Assembly: GCA_963667175.2 (NCBI GenBank)
Contig: CAXXXF010000006.1
Coordinates: 224,001 to 288,000, forward strand
DNA from: Candidatus Latescibacterota bacterium
GTDB lineage: Bacteria; Latescibacterota; UBA2968; GCA-2709665
Reading direction: 5' to 3'
DNA length: 64,000 nt
Below the pieces are notes generated by a model, which had not been told where the DNA came from, made no database searches, and saw only the letters and a program-made list of their open reading frames with translations. Positions 20,312 to 29,510 of this stretch are shown one piece after another (the first letter of the stretch is position 1; every line of letters starts with the position of its first letter). Position numbers and translations under genes: made by a program.

Positions 20312-21202
20312 ATGGCCTTAAAGCTGACCCTTCTGGGCACCGGGACACCCACCCCCCTCAACCACCGCGCGGGCTCCGGTTACCTCGTCACGTTCGACGA
20401 GGAAGTCCTGCTGTTCGACTGCGGTCCGGGTATCGCGCGACGCCTCCTCGAAGCGGCCGTCCCGCCCGAAGCGCTGACGCGCCTCTTTCTTACCCATCTC
20501 CACTACGACCACTGCGTGGACTACGCATGTATCGTGCTCACCCGCTGGGACCAGGGCGCGGGCAAGATCCCCGACCTTGACGTGTACGGTCCGCCGCCGT
20601 TGATTCGCATGACGGAGAGACTCTTCGGGCCAGACGGCGCCTTCGGTCCGGACCTCGATGCAAGAACAAAACACCCCGGCAGCGAGTTCGTTTACGAACG
20701 GAGGGGCGGAATTCTGCCCCGGCAACGGCCCGGCCCCGTCGTCACCGAAGTGGCGCACGGCTCGTGCATTCATGTCGGAAACTGGCGAGTCGAAGCCGCC
20801 GAAGTCATCCATGTCCAGCCCCAGCTCACGTGCCTGGCCTACCGGCTGGACACCCCCTATGGGACCGTCGTCTTCGGCGGCGACACCGCGCCGGCCCCCA
20901 GGCTTACGGAGCTGGCTGGAGGCGCGGACGTACTCATCCACATGTGCCACCTGATGAACGACGTCGAACGGGACCCGCGCGTTACCGGCTGCTGCTCCGG
21001 CCACCTCGATGCCGCCCGGACCGCGTCGGAAGCGGACGTCGGCACGGTGATTCTGACCCACGTGACGGAACAGCTGGAGCCGCCCGGCGTCCGGGAGCGC
21101 CTCGTGGCGGAAGCCGCGCGCATTTTCAGCGGCCACATCGTATTCGCGGAAGACCTCACGGAAGTGCCCGTCGGACCCATCGATCCGGAACCCATCCGAT
21201 AG
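20312..21202 (+). CDS. MBL-fold metallo-hydrolase (RNase Z/AtsA-like)
   Basis: LLGTGTP, FDCG.G, THLHYDH, GDT, LTH. Confidence 0.88.
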   Translation: MALKLTLLGTGTPTPLNHRAGSGYLVTFDEEVLLFDCGPGIARRLLEAAVPPEALTRLFLTHLHYDHCVDYACIVLTRWDQGAGKIPDLDVYGPPPLIRMTERLFGPDGAFGPDLDARTKHPGSEFVYERRGGILPRQRPGPVVTEVAHGSCIHVGNWRVEAAEVIHVQPQLTCLAYRLDTPYGTVVFGGDTAPAPRLTELAGGADVLIHMCHLMNDVERDPRVTGCCSGHLDAARTASEADVGTVILTHVTEQLEPPGVRERLVAEAARIFSGHIVFAEDLTEVPVGPIDPEPIR

Positions 21203-21278
21203 CCGGCGCCGGGCGCGACCGGTTCGTTTCACGTTTTCCCAGTTTCCAACTCAAGACGTTCACCCCAGGAGTAATCTG

Positions 21279-22643
21279 GTGAAAGCCATCATCCTGGCCG
21301 CCGGAAAAGGCGACCGATTCTACCCGTTCAACCACTACCGGCCCAAACCCATGTTTCCCATCTGCAACCGGCCGCTGCTCGAGTGGACCGTCGAACGCGT
21401 CGCGGACGCGGGGATCACGGACGTCGGCATCGTCGTTGGCCACCGGCAGGGTCGGATACGCAGCCACTTTTCGGACGGCAGCCGATTCGGATGCGCAATC
21501 ACGTACATCGAACAGCCGGAGCAACTCGGGACGGCCGACGCGGTGTGCGCGGCGGCAGAGTTTATCGGCAAGAATGACTTCCTGGTTGTCTATGGCGACC
21601 TCTTCTTCGAGCCGAAGGTCCTTTCGCAACTACGGGATGCGTTCACCGACCGCTCCGTCGCCGCTGTACATCAGAGCGATCAGCTCAGCCGGCGCATTCG
21701 CGTGGAAACCGATGGCCGCGAGAACATCGTCGGCTACACCTGGAAGCCCCGGTCGTCGGCCGGCAGGGCGCTTTCAGGCCTGTTCGCATTCAGGAACGAC
21801 GCGCTGCAGGACCTTGCGAACACATCGGACGCTATTGCCAGCGTGCAAAACGGCGTCACGCCGCCCGAGGGCCGCGAAATCGCCGATGCCCTGCCGGTCA
21901 TGCACCGGGAGGGCCGGCCCGCCGGCGCCGTCCGAACCGGCGGCGTCCGCTACGATATGGACATGCCCTGGGAGCCCCTCGCGGTCAGTCGACTGGCCGT
22001 GCGGGAGATGGCCCGGGGACTGCCGGAAACGCGTTTCGCCGAGACTGCGCGGGTGGATGCGAACGCGCACATCGACGGCCCCGTATCCGTGGACGATGGC
22101 GCGACGATCTCATCCGGGGTCCGTATCAGCGGGCCCGTCTGGATCGGCAGGAACACGCACGTCTTCGAGGGCTCCCAGATTGCATCGGGCACGGTCATTG
22201 GCGACGACTGCCGGATCGGGCCCTTCGCGAAGGTCTCCGGCTTCGTGGACCGCAACAACCACATCACCTTTCTCGGTGAGTTCAGCGGCGTCATCCTGGC
22301 GGGCGGGCGGATCACCCACCAGATGCAAATTGCCGGCATCTACGGCGAAGGCGCGGAGTTCGGCGCCGGCACCCAGGTGGGCACGCTCAGATTCGACGAT
22401 GGGCCCACGCAGGTGGAAGTGAAGGGTATCCGCCGTCAGGCCCCCGGTTTCTCCGGCGCACTCTTCGGCGACTACGCGCGCACGGGCGTGGGGACCATCC
22501 TGATGCCGGGCCGCGTCGTTGGCCCGGGCGCTATGGTCGGTCCCGGCGTGGTTCTGATGAAAAACGCGCCGGCTCACAAAGCCGTGATCCTGAAGCAGGA
22601 GCACCAGGAAATCGACTGGGGGCCGGAGATTTACGATCATTAG
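21279..22643 (+). CDS. bifunctional sugar-phosphate nucleotidyltransferase / left-handed beta-helix (GlmU-like)
   Basis: KAIILAAGKG.R..P....PKP, EQLGTADA, YGD; C-terminal hexapeptide repeats. Confidence 0.82.
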   Translation: MKAIILAAGKGDRFYPFNHYRPKPMFPICNRPLLEWTVERVADAGITDVGIVVGHRQGRIRSHFSDGSRFGCAITYIEQPEQLGTADAVCAAAEFIGKNDFLVVYGDLFFEPKVLSQLRDAFTDRSVAAVHQSDQLSRRIRVETDGRENIVGYTWKPRSSAGRALSGLFAFRNDALQDLANTSDAIASVQNGVTPPEGREIADALPVMHREGRPAGAVRTGGVRYDMDMPWEPLAVSRLAVREMARGLPETRFAETARVDANAHIDGPVSVDDGATISSGVRISGPVWIGRNTHVFEGSQIASGTVIGDDCRIGPFAKVSGFVDRNNHITFLGEFSGVILAGGRITHQMQIAGIYGEGAEFGAGTQVGTLRFDDGPTQVEVKGIRRQAPGFSGALFGDYARTGVGTILMPGRVVGPGAMVGPGVVLMKNAPAHKAVILKQEHQEIDWGPEIYDH

Positions 22644-22662
22644 CTCAGCGCCCAACACTGGA

Positions 22663-24420
22663 GTGTCGATGCTGCGGGACCGGATCGAAACCGAGATTCG
22701 CCGGCGCGCGGATGGTTACAGACCCCAGACCCATCTGATTGCCGACTATTACAGGGTTCGCCGAAAAATCGCCTATCCCCTGCCGGTTCGTGAGATATAC
22801 CTGCCGGGACTGCCCATCCCCGGCATCGCCGCGTATCCATGGGCTATCTGGATGGCCTGGAGCCTGGAAGAGCGGATCCTCAGCCTGGGATGGGCGGGAT
22901 CGTGGTTCCGTGACGAAGAGGCGCGCCGGCTGGCCGTTGCCGACCTGGACGCCCTGTCCGAATGGCCGTGCTATCGCCAGCTTCCGACGCCCGATCTGAG
23001 TTCCGGCCACGCGCTTCGCCTTCTCTGGCTGGCCTACACCCGGTGGGACTGGCTGCCCGGAAGCCTGCGGGAAAAGATCGAACGGGCGTTTCACCGCCAC
23101 GTTGATGATACGCTCCCGCTGTCCGACGCCAGACACGGCGCGTTCAACGGAAAGGAAGACATCCTCGCCCTGGACGAACCCCACACCGTGCTGCACAACA
23201 TCCCGTTCATCGGCACGGTGGGCCTTGCCCTGGCCGCAAACGGAATTTCCCATCCCTCCGCAGAAACATTGAACCGGAGACTGGAGGCGCTCCTTGGAGC
23301 GATCCTGGATCTGCGAAAGAACGGCCACTCGGAAGGGATCGGTTACGACGGATACATCCTGGATTTCGCCGCCGACTGGTTGGGGACACTCTCCGCGAAG
23401 AGACGGACGGCCCTGATGGCCCATCCGCGCTTCGACGACGTGATGGATGAATCCATTGCGCTCGGCGCGCCCGGGAACATTGCAAACGTCGCCCAGTTGA
23501 GCGACGCGGAACCCCGGGAGATGCCGTTCCATGTATCCTGTCACGCCAAGCACTACCGCAACCGGCCCTCGCCTCGTACCGGATGGTACCTGAAACGCTG
23601 TCGCCTGCGGTGGCTGCGCGCCGACGCGCTCGCGGCGCTGCACGAGGTTGGGGATGAACTGACGTGCGAGCCGCCCGAAGCCGGGGCCATCGATGCCCAC
23701 TACGCGGTCGTGCTCAGGAGCGGATGGGAGGCGGACGACCTGGCGGTGGCCATGGCGGCGAGCAACTCGAAAATGAGCCACGTCCAGAACGACAACGGAA
23801 CCATCGTCATCGGCGCCGCCGGCCGGTGGCCGGTATCGGACCCCGGTTATCAGCAGTACATGAAGAAAAGAGAACGTGAATTCACCCTGGGGCCGACGGC
23901 GCACAATGCCCCTGTCATCAATGGCGCGGCGCAGGTTGGGAAACCGTCCGATCGTCGGGTCGCGCTGCGGCAGTGCAACGGAAGAACTCACATAGCCGAA
24001 TTGGACCTGACAGCCGGTTATCCGGCCGCGCTGGCATTGAAACGGGTGGTTCGAACACTGTGGCTTTCGGAAAAGAACCTGGTCGTCCTCGCCGACCGCG
24101 TGCGAGGCGCCGCAGTTGAGTCGATCGCCTATCACTGGCACGGGCACCCGGACGCCGCCTGGTGGGTGGAGGACGACGCGGCCCGGATTTACGCGCCTGA
24201 CCTTACTCTCTGGCTCGGCTCGCCCCAGGCCCGGATCACCGACAAAAGCGTCGACCGCCTTCCCGGATCCAGGGGACACCTCACGCTAAGCGCGAACGCC
24301 GATCCGTCCGCGCCATTCGTCTGGTGGATTTTTGCGAAAGGCGATACGCGACCGTCCTTGTCACTGCACGAACAGGGACGTGAGATCCGTGTCGACGACC
24401 GCAGTTTCCGGATTCCATAG
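22663..24420 (+). CDS. heparinase II/III-like protein
   Basis: HN, EGIGYDGY, LRSGW, HVQNDNG, DPGY, TAHN motifs. Confidence 0.7.
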   Translation: MSMLRDRIETEIRRRADGYRPQTHLIADYYRVRRKIAYPLPVREIYLPGLPIPGIAAYPWAIWMAWSLEERILSLGWAGSWFRDEEARRLAVADLDALSEWPCYRQLPTPDLSSGHALRLLWLAYTRWDWLPGSLREKIERAFHRHVDDTLPLSDARHGAFNGKEDILALDEPHTVLHNIPFIGTVGLALAANGISHPSAETLNRRLEALLGAILDLRKNGHSEGIGYDGYILDFAADWLGTLSAKRRTALMAHPRFDDVMDESIALGAPGNIANVAQLSDAEPREMPFHVSCHAKHYRNRPSPRTGWYLKRCRLRWLRADALAALHEVGDELTCEPPEAGAIDAHYAVVLRSGWEADDLAVAMAASNSKMSHVQNDNGTIVIGAAGRWPVSDPGYQQYMKKREREFTLGPTAHNAPVINGAAQVGKPSDRRVALRQCNGRTHIAELDLTAGYPAALALKRVVRTLWLSEKNLVVLADRVRGAAVESIAYHWHGHPDAAWWVEDDAARIYAPDLTLWLGSPQARITDKSVDRLPGSRGHLTLSANADPSAPFVWWIFAKGDTRPSLSLHEQGREIRVDDRSFRIP

Positions 24421-24541
24421 ACGTACCCGAAAGCCGGACTTCCATGGCCGCCGTTACGTTGATGGATGCAATCTGCAGGCCGGATGAGATTTGTGGTTGT
24501 ACCCGTGACGCCGTGCACGATCAAAGAAAGGGAACCGCTGA

Positions 24542-26473
24542 GTGAACGTTTCCAGAATCTGTGACGTTCCCTTCCTGGCGCCCTCCAATTCCACGGGGGA
24601 ACTCCTGCCCGACCCCAAACTCGGGCGCCATGTGCTCTACCAATCCATGTTCTCCGCGGTACCGGGCCGTCCGCCGGCTCTGGTCCGCACGGACTTCGAA
24701 TGCCACGAATACGCGTCCTTTGCCCAGCCTCGAGGCCGCGGGACCTGGAAGGCCCGGCTCCTGTCCGACAACAAGATCTGGTTTGGCATGAACGGCCCGG
24801 GGCAACTCGCCTGTTTCAACCCGATCACCGAAGCCTACGAGGACGTCCCGCCGCACAACCCGGCGACGGAAAACACCCATCTTACGGACGTCGTCGAAGG
24901 ACCGGACGGAAAGCTGTACATGCCGGGCTACCCCTCCGGCGACTGTGTGGTCTACGACCGCAGCACGGGCGAATACAGGGAAGTCGCCGTCGAGGAGAAC
25001 GACCATCAGCTTTTCGCCGCCTGTCTCACCGACGGCGGACGTATCGGTATTCTGAACGGACTCCAGCACGGCGTCTACGCCCTCGACCCACGCACGGATG
25101 AAGTCACGGTGACGTCGCCGTCTCACCTTACCGGCCGGCCGGACGCTTACAGCGGCTTCCTGCGTCTCGGCGATCAGTTTCTGGTCACCCTCGGCCATCC
25201 TGAAGGCGGCATCGAAATCTGTCGATTCTCCGCGTTTGACCTCAGCTTTCTCGGTTCCTTCGTTGTCGTTACGGCGGTTCCCTCCGGACGGAACCTGATG
25301 GCCTCGCCGGAAGGGCGCCTGTACATGAGCGTGGACGACGGTTACCTCTACGCCATCGACCTGGAAACAGAGTCCGCAGAACTCGCCTGCCGCATCCCGC
25401 GTGTTCCCAGCCGCGGCAACTACTACTTTCTGAATGAGCATCGGATCCTCTTTGCCGGCCATTCGCAGTACTACGGCATCTGCGATATCCGAACCGCCGA
25501 ACTCGACCTCCACCGGACCGAGATCGAGAATCCCCCCATCGGCATCTTCTCCATCCTGCCGGCCTCTACGGGGCATGTCTACTGCTCCGCCCACCTGGGC
25601 CTTTCTCTCACGCGCGTGGATCCGGCGTCAGAGCGGGCGGAGACGTTGGGTCTGACGTACAACGGGTCCGGCGAAATCTACGGCAGCGCCGAAGCCGGCG
25701 GCAGCATCTACAGCATCTCGTACACCCATAACGTCCTTACGGTATACAATCCGAAACGACCATGGCGACCCGGTCCGGCGCAGGGCGATAATCCCCGGAA
25801 TCTTGGACCGATGGGCGACGAGCAGTACCGACCCGTCACCGGCATTCTCAATGGGCCGGGAAACAGACTCTACGTCGGATCCATGCCGGACTACGGAGCC
25901 AGGGGCGGCGCGCTGACGGTTGTCGATCCCACCGATAACAGCCACAAGTCCTACCGACACCTGGCGCCAGACCATTCCATTCTGGGCCTGGCCGCAGGCC
26001 ATGAACACGTCTATCTCGGTACCAGCATCATCGCCGACGGCTATATACAGCCCGCCGAAGGCGACGCGTGTTTTCTGATTTTCGATCCCGACAGCGAAAC
26101 CGTACTGTACAAAGAGGAAATCGGGGGCGCCCGCAGCCTGATGACCATGGGATGCGGCGCGGACCGCGTCTTTTTCTGGTCCGACGACCACGAGGGCGGC
26201 AACCGCTTTTTCGTTTGCCGCCTTTCCGACCGCGCAGTGAGCGCCGTCAGCATTCCGTTCACCGGCGGCAGGCCCCACAACCGGCCCATGATTACGGGCA
26301 AGAGCGGCGATCTCTTCTTCACCCATGGAAACCGGATCGTTCGCCTCGATCCCGAAACCGCATCGCTCGCAATCGCCCACACCGCGGCCGCTGGCGATAC
26401 GCCGATACTCGCCGCCATCGGCAACGACGTCCTTTTCTCGCAACGGCACGAACTCTGGCGCTTGACGTTCTGA
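24542..26473 (+). CDS. beta-propeller repeat protein of unknown function
   Basis: Repeated GPDGKLY/SPEGRLY/GPGNRLY blades. Confidence 0.65.
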   Translation: MNVSRICDVPFLAPSNSTGELLPDPKLGRHVLYQSMFSAVPGRPPALVRTDFECHEYASFAQPRGRGTWKARLLSDNKIWFGMNGPGQLACFNPITEAYEDVPPHNPATENTHLTDVVEGPDGKLYMPGYPSGDCVVYDRSTGEYREVAVEENDHQLFAACLTDGGRIGILNGLQHGVYALDPRTDEVTVTSPSHLTGRPDAYSGFLRLGDQFLVTLGHPEGGIEICRFSAFDLSFLGSFVVVTAVPSGRNLMASPEGRLYMSVDDGYLYAIDLETESAELACRIPRVPSRGNYYFLNEHRILFAGHSQYYGICDIRTAELDLHRTEIENPPIGIFSILPASTGHVYCSAHLGLSLTRVDPASERAETLGLTYNGSGEIYGSAEAGGSIYSISYTHNVLTVYNPKRPWRPGPAQGDNPRNLGPMGDEQYRPVTGILNGPGNRLYVGSMPDYGARGGALTVVDPTDNSHKSYRHLAPDHSILGLAAGHEHVYLGTSIIADGYIQPAEGDACFLIFDPDSETVLYKEEIGGARSLMTMGCGADRVFFWSDDHEGGNRFFVCRLSDRAVSAVSIPFTGGRPHNRPMITGKSGDLFFTHGNRIVRLDPETASLAIAHTAAAGDTPILAAIGNDVLFSQRHELWRLTF

Positions 26474-26547
26474 CCCGTCCAGGTATCAATTCAGGAACCC
26501 ATTGTGAAAACCGATCCCGACTGGAAACTTCGACGAAGAGACGCCAA

Positions 26548-27432
26548 ATGACCGAATTTCGGGGCATCTACCCCGCGTTGATCACGCCGATGACGCCTGA
26601 AGGCGAATTCAGCGAAGCGGCCTTCCGACGACTCATGGAATACAACGTAAGCGCCGGGGCGCACGGCTTCTGGGTAGCGGGCGGCGCCGGCGAAAGCGTG
26701 TTGCTGGAAGACGACGAGAATTCCCGCATTGCCGGAATCGCCGCCGACCAGGCGGCCGGCCGCGCCGGAATCATCATGCACGTTGGCGCGCCGACCACCG
26801 CGCGTGCCGCCAGGATGGCTGAAAACGCAGCAAGGGCCGGCGTTGACGCCATCTGCGCCGTGCCTCCTTTCTTCTACCGGCCCGGGCCGGACGAGGTCGC
26901 AGAACACTACCGGGCGGTCGGCGCGGCCGCGGACCTTCCGCTCTTCATCTACAACATTCCAGACGCGACCGGCGTCGAGATCACACTCGAATTGGCGGAG
27001 AAGATTCAGCAGCGCGTGCCGCAACTCGCCGGACTGAAGCACTCGGCGCCCGCGTTTGCAAACACCCGTCATTTCGCCAGTATGGGCCTTTCGTGCCTGA
27101 TCGGAAGCGCGGCGCTTCTCCTTCCCGCGCTCACCATCGGCGCTTCGGGATGCGTGGATGGTCCCCTTTCACTTTCTCCGGACGTCTGGGTCAATATCTG
27201 GACGGCGTATCACCGCGGCGACGTAAAGTTCGCCGAGGCCGAACAGAAGCGGGCAGCCGAGCTCTATACGATCTTCAACCGGGCAGGATACATCGCGTCC
27301 ATGAAGGCCCTGCTGTCCGAAAAACTCGGGATCGACTGCGGGGACCCGCGCCCCCCGCAACGCCCGCTGAACAGCGAGGAAAGAGCCTTTGTCATCCGCA
27401 CGGCGACGGCGCGGGGAATGATGGAAACCTGA
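26548..27432 (+). CDS. DHDPS/N-acetylneuraminate lyase family aldolase
   Basis: GIYPALITP, G..GE, PPFF, YNIP, GLKHS (Schiff-base Lys). Confidence 0.88.
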   Translation: MTEFRGIYPALITPMTPEGEFSEAAFRRLMEYNVSAGAHGFWVAGGAGESVLLEDDENSRIAGIAADQAAGRAGIIMHVGAPTTARAARMAENAARAGVDAICAVPPFFYRPGPDEVAEHYRAVGAAADLPLFIYNIPDATGVEITLELAEKIQQRVPQLAGLKHSAPAFANTRHFASMGLSCLIGSAALLLPALTIGASGCVDGPLSLSPDVWVNIWTAYHRGDVKFAEAEQKRAAELYTIFNRAGYIASMKALLSEKLGIDCGDPRPPQRPLNSEERAFVIRTATARGMMET

Positions 27433-27520
27433 AGTCCGTTCCACCGTCGACCGTTCCGGACCGTGGCGATCAACCTGGCGGTCGCAATTTGCGCCACTGT
27501 GGAACTTATTCACGGAGAAT

Positions 27521-28438
27521 ATGCATATGATCCCCCTGATCAGCAGCCTGTGCTACGGAACGCTCGAAGTCTGCCAGCTTCCAAGGACCTGGTGGAAGGT
27601 CCTGCTCCGGAACGCGGGCATTCTCGACGAAGAATACCCCGACGTGAGCGAAGGTCTGGACAAGTCCGTCCTCGAAGTGCTGAATCTGGACACAGAGACG
27701 ACCCTGGCGTATTTAAGAGAGCACAGGCCCGACTACCTCCGGTTCGAAGCCTGGGTCCTCGGACAGAACGACGGAACGCTCGATGGAAGGGCGATCGTCA
27801 ACTGGAACGATTCCGTGCGCGCCCGCGTTCATACCAGGCCGGACAAGCTCGAAGAAACCACGAGCGACGTCGGCATTCCCAACGACGGCGCGATCACGTC
27901 AGCCGTGATCCTCAACAGCCTCCAGGACTGGACGCTCTTCTACAAACGCGACCTGAAGGGGGAATTCTCGGCCCTGGGCGGCCGCGTGGTTCCGCTCGTC
28001 TCCAGCCTGGACTACGGTCCTCTCAACGTCTGCCAACTCCCTCGTACGTGGCTGAAGATACTGCTCAGGTCCCGCAACCTGCTTCATCCGGACTATCCCG
28101 ATATGACCGAAGACGGGCTGGACCCCCGAGTTCTGCGCGTTGTCAACGTCCGGCCGGACGACGCCGTCCGTTTCATCAGAGAGAATGGGCCTAACTATCT
28201 CGATTTCGAAGCATGGGTTCTGCAGAAAAACGACGGACGTGTCGACCCGCGCGCCGTGGACGAGTGGAACAGCTTTGTGCGAACCCGCATCCATACCGAT
28301 GAGAAAATCGTGGATATCCACGATACATTGGGCCTGGAAAACGACGGAAGCCTGACGTCGGCCGTGGTCCTGAACCACGTTGAAGACTGGCGCTTCGCGC
28401 ATGCCGACCTGACGGGCAACACCGCCGGTTCGATTTGA
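27521..28438 (+). CDS. hypothetical protein with tandem duplicated domain (DUF5069-like)
   Basis: Two ~150-aa halves sharing PL.SSL.YG.L.VCQLPRTW.K.LLR...YPD...GLD...YL.FEAWV...WN...R.H...TSAV.LN...DW. Confidence 0.75.
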   Translation: MHMIPLISSLCYGTLEVCQLPRTWWKVLLRNAGILDEEYPDVSEGLDKSVLEVLNLDTETTLAYLREHRPDYLRFEAWVLGQNDGTLDGRAIVNWNDSVRARVHTRPDKLEETTSDVGIPNDGAITSAVILNSLQDWTLFYKRDLKGEFSALGGRVVPLVSSLDYGPLNVCQLPRTWLKILLRSRNLLHPDYPDMTEDGLDPRVLRVVNVRPDDAVRFIRENGPNYLDFEAWVLQKNDGRVDPRAVDEWNSFVRTRIHTDEKIVDIHDTLGLENDGSLTSAVVLNHVEDWRFAHADLTGNTAGSI

Positions 28439-28539
28439 CCGGCAGACGCAGCCTGAAAGCCGCCGGGGTTTCTACGCTTGAAAATGGCAACCATAAACGC
28501 TCGTCTGTTTCGACATTTGGAAAGCCACCTTTTTTTTTG

Positions 28540-28568
28540 TTGACATCATCCGAACCGTGAATTAAAAT
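28540..28568 (+). promoter_or_regulatory. strong sigma70 promoter with upstream T-tract
   Basis: TTGACA-N17-TAAAAT preceded by a run of T. Confidence 0.75.
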
Positions 28569-28616
28569 ACCATTAAATTCAGGTATTAGTTTACATTGTC
28601 GGCAAACAAAACCGGC

Positions 28617-28672
28617 CGTTCCGGAAAGGAGGTGATATTCGAAACCACGTCGTTAAACGTCTCGCCGCTGTA
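28617..28672 (+). repeat. conserved motif copy 1 (GGAGGTGATA-N8-CACGTCG-N4-ACGT-YTY-GCCGCTGTA)
   Basis: Aligns with 28734-28791 and 29374-29428. Confidence 0.75.
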
Positions 28673-28733
28673 CGTCTTGTTTCAGGCGGTGATCGGCGGA
28701 ACAACTGGCTACAGCCGGTCACGGACCTGTTCG

Positions 28734-28791
28734 CGTTCGAAAATGGGAGGTGATAGAAGAAACCACGTCGATAAACGTTTTGCCTGCTGTA
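28734..28791 (+). repeat. conserved motif copy 2
   Basis: GGAGGTGATAgaagaaacCACGTCGataaACGTtttGCCtGCTGTA. Confidence 0.75.
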
Positions 28792-28981
28792 CATTTTACG
28801 TGAGAAACTGTGGCTCGGGGCAATAGCTGATTTGGCCCGTTGCGCGATGTGAGTGATTGAACGATTCCGAAAAATCGTGTATCACGGCCTTTCATATCAC
28901 CGCCACACCTTCTTGGTCGATCCCGGTATCCCATCAAGCTCAGTCCTTCATACGGTCTAATCACCGTCAATAATTCTCCAA

Positions 28982-29074
28982 ATTCACGTGAATCGCTGTC
29001 CGTGGGGTGGTCGGGCTGTACGCCTGCCGCGTTAATCACGGCGTCCGCCCGATTCACGTGAATCACTGTCCATG
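28982..29074. promoter_or_regulatory. two direct-repeated palindromic sites (ATTCACGTGAAT), possible operators
   Basis: ATTCACGTGAATC(G/A)CTGTCC(G/A)TGG at 28982 and 29052, 70 bp apart. Confidence 0.5.
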
Positions 29075-29373
29075 GCGGGACTGGGTGGCGCGCCCTGCGC
29101 CTCTATCACGTTTGATCTCCCTGCTTTCTTGATTCGCTGCCATTCGTGTGGCCGGGCGGGGCGCCATGCGCCTGTATCCCGGACGATCACGGACCTGACG
29201 CGAACCACAGTTCGCGGTGCGGTTTGGTGACGTGTCTTCCGCTGTAATCTCCGAGTATATCAACACAAGCAGGGGAATCGCAGTTCCGGTGCGGTTGTGC
29301 GGCGCGCGGTCAGAACGAGACCGCACGGGGCAAGCGGTCGTGCGAGCGGTTCAAGTCTCCCAGAGGCCGCCCG

Positions 29374-29428
29374 CGTTTGGAACGGAGGTGATATTGGGAT
29401 TCACGTCGCGACACGTTTCGCCGCTGTA
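29374..29428 (+). repeat. conserved motif copy 3
   Basis: GGAGGTGATAttgggattCACGTCGcgacACGTttcGCCGCTGTA. Confidence 0.75.
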
Positions 29429-29510
29429 GGTCTATGCGTAGACGATAATCGGCTGCAGTTTCGGTTGACGCCGATCACCAAGTTGTCCACGTTTGGAAGG
29501 GAGTCAGGAA

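Noticed and set aside
28596-28826. 76-aa ORF spanning motif copies 1-2 as a real CDS
   Set aside because: TTG start without RBS, and the two motif copies fall in different frames of it.
28617-29428. CRISPR array interpretation of the triplicated motif
   Set aside because: Repeats are degenerate and unevenly spaced (118 and 638 bp), and no cas genes are present.
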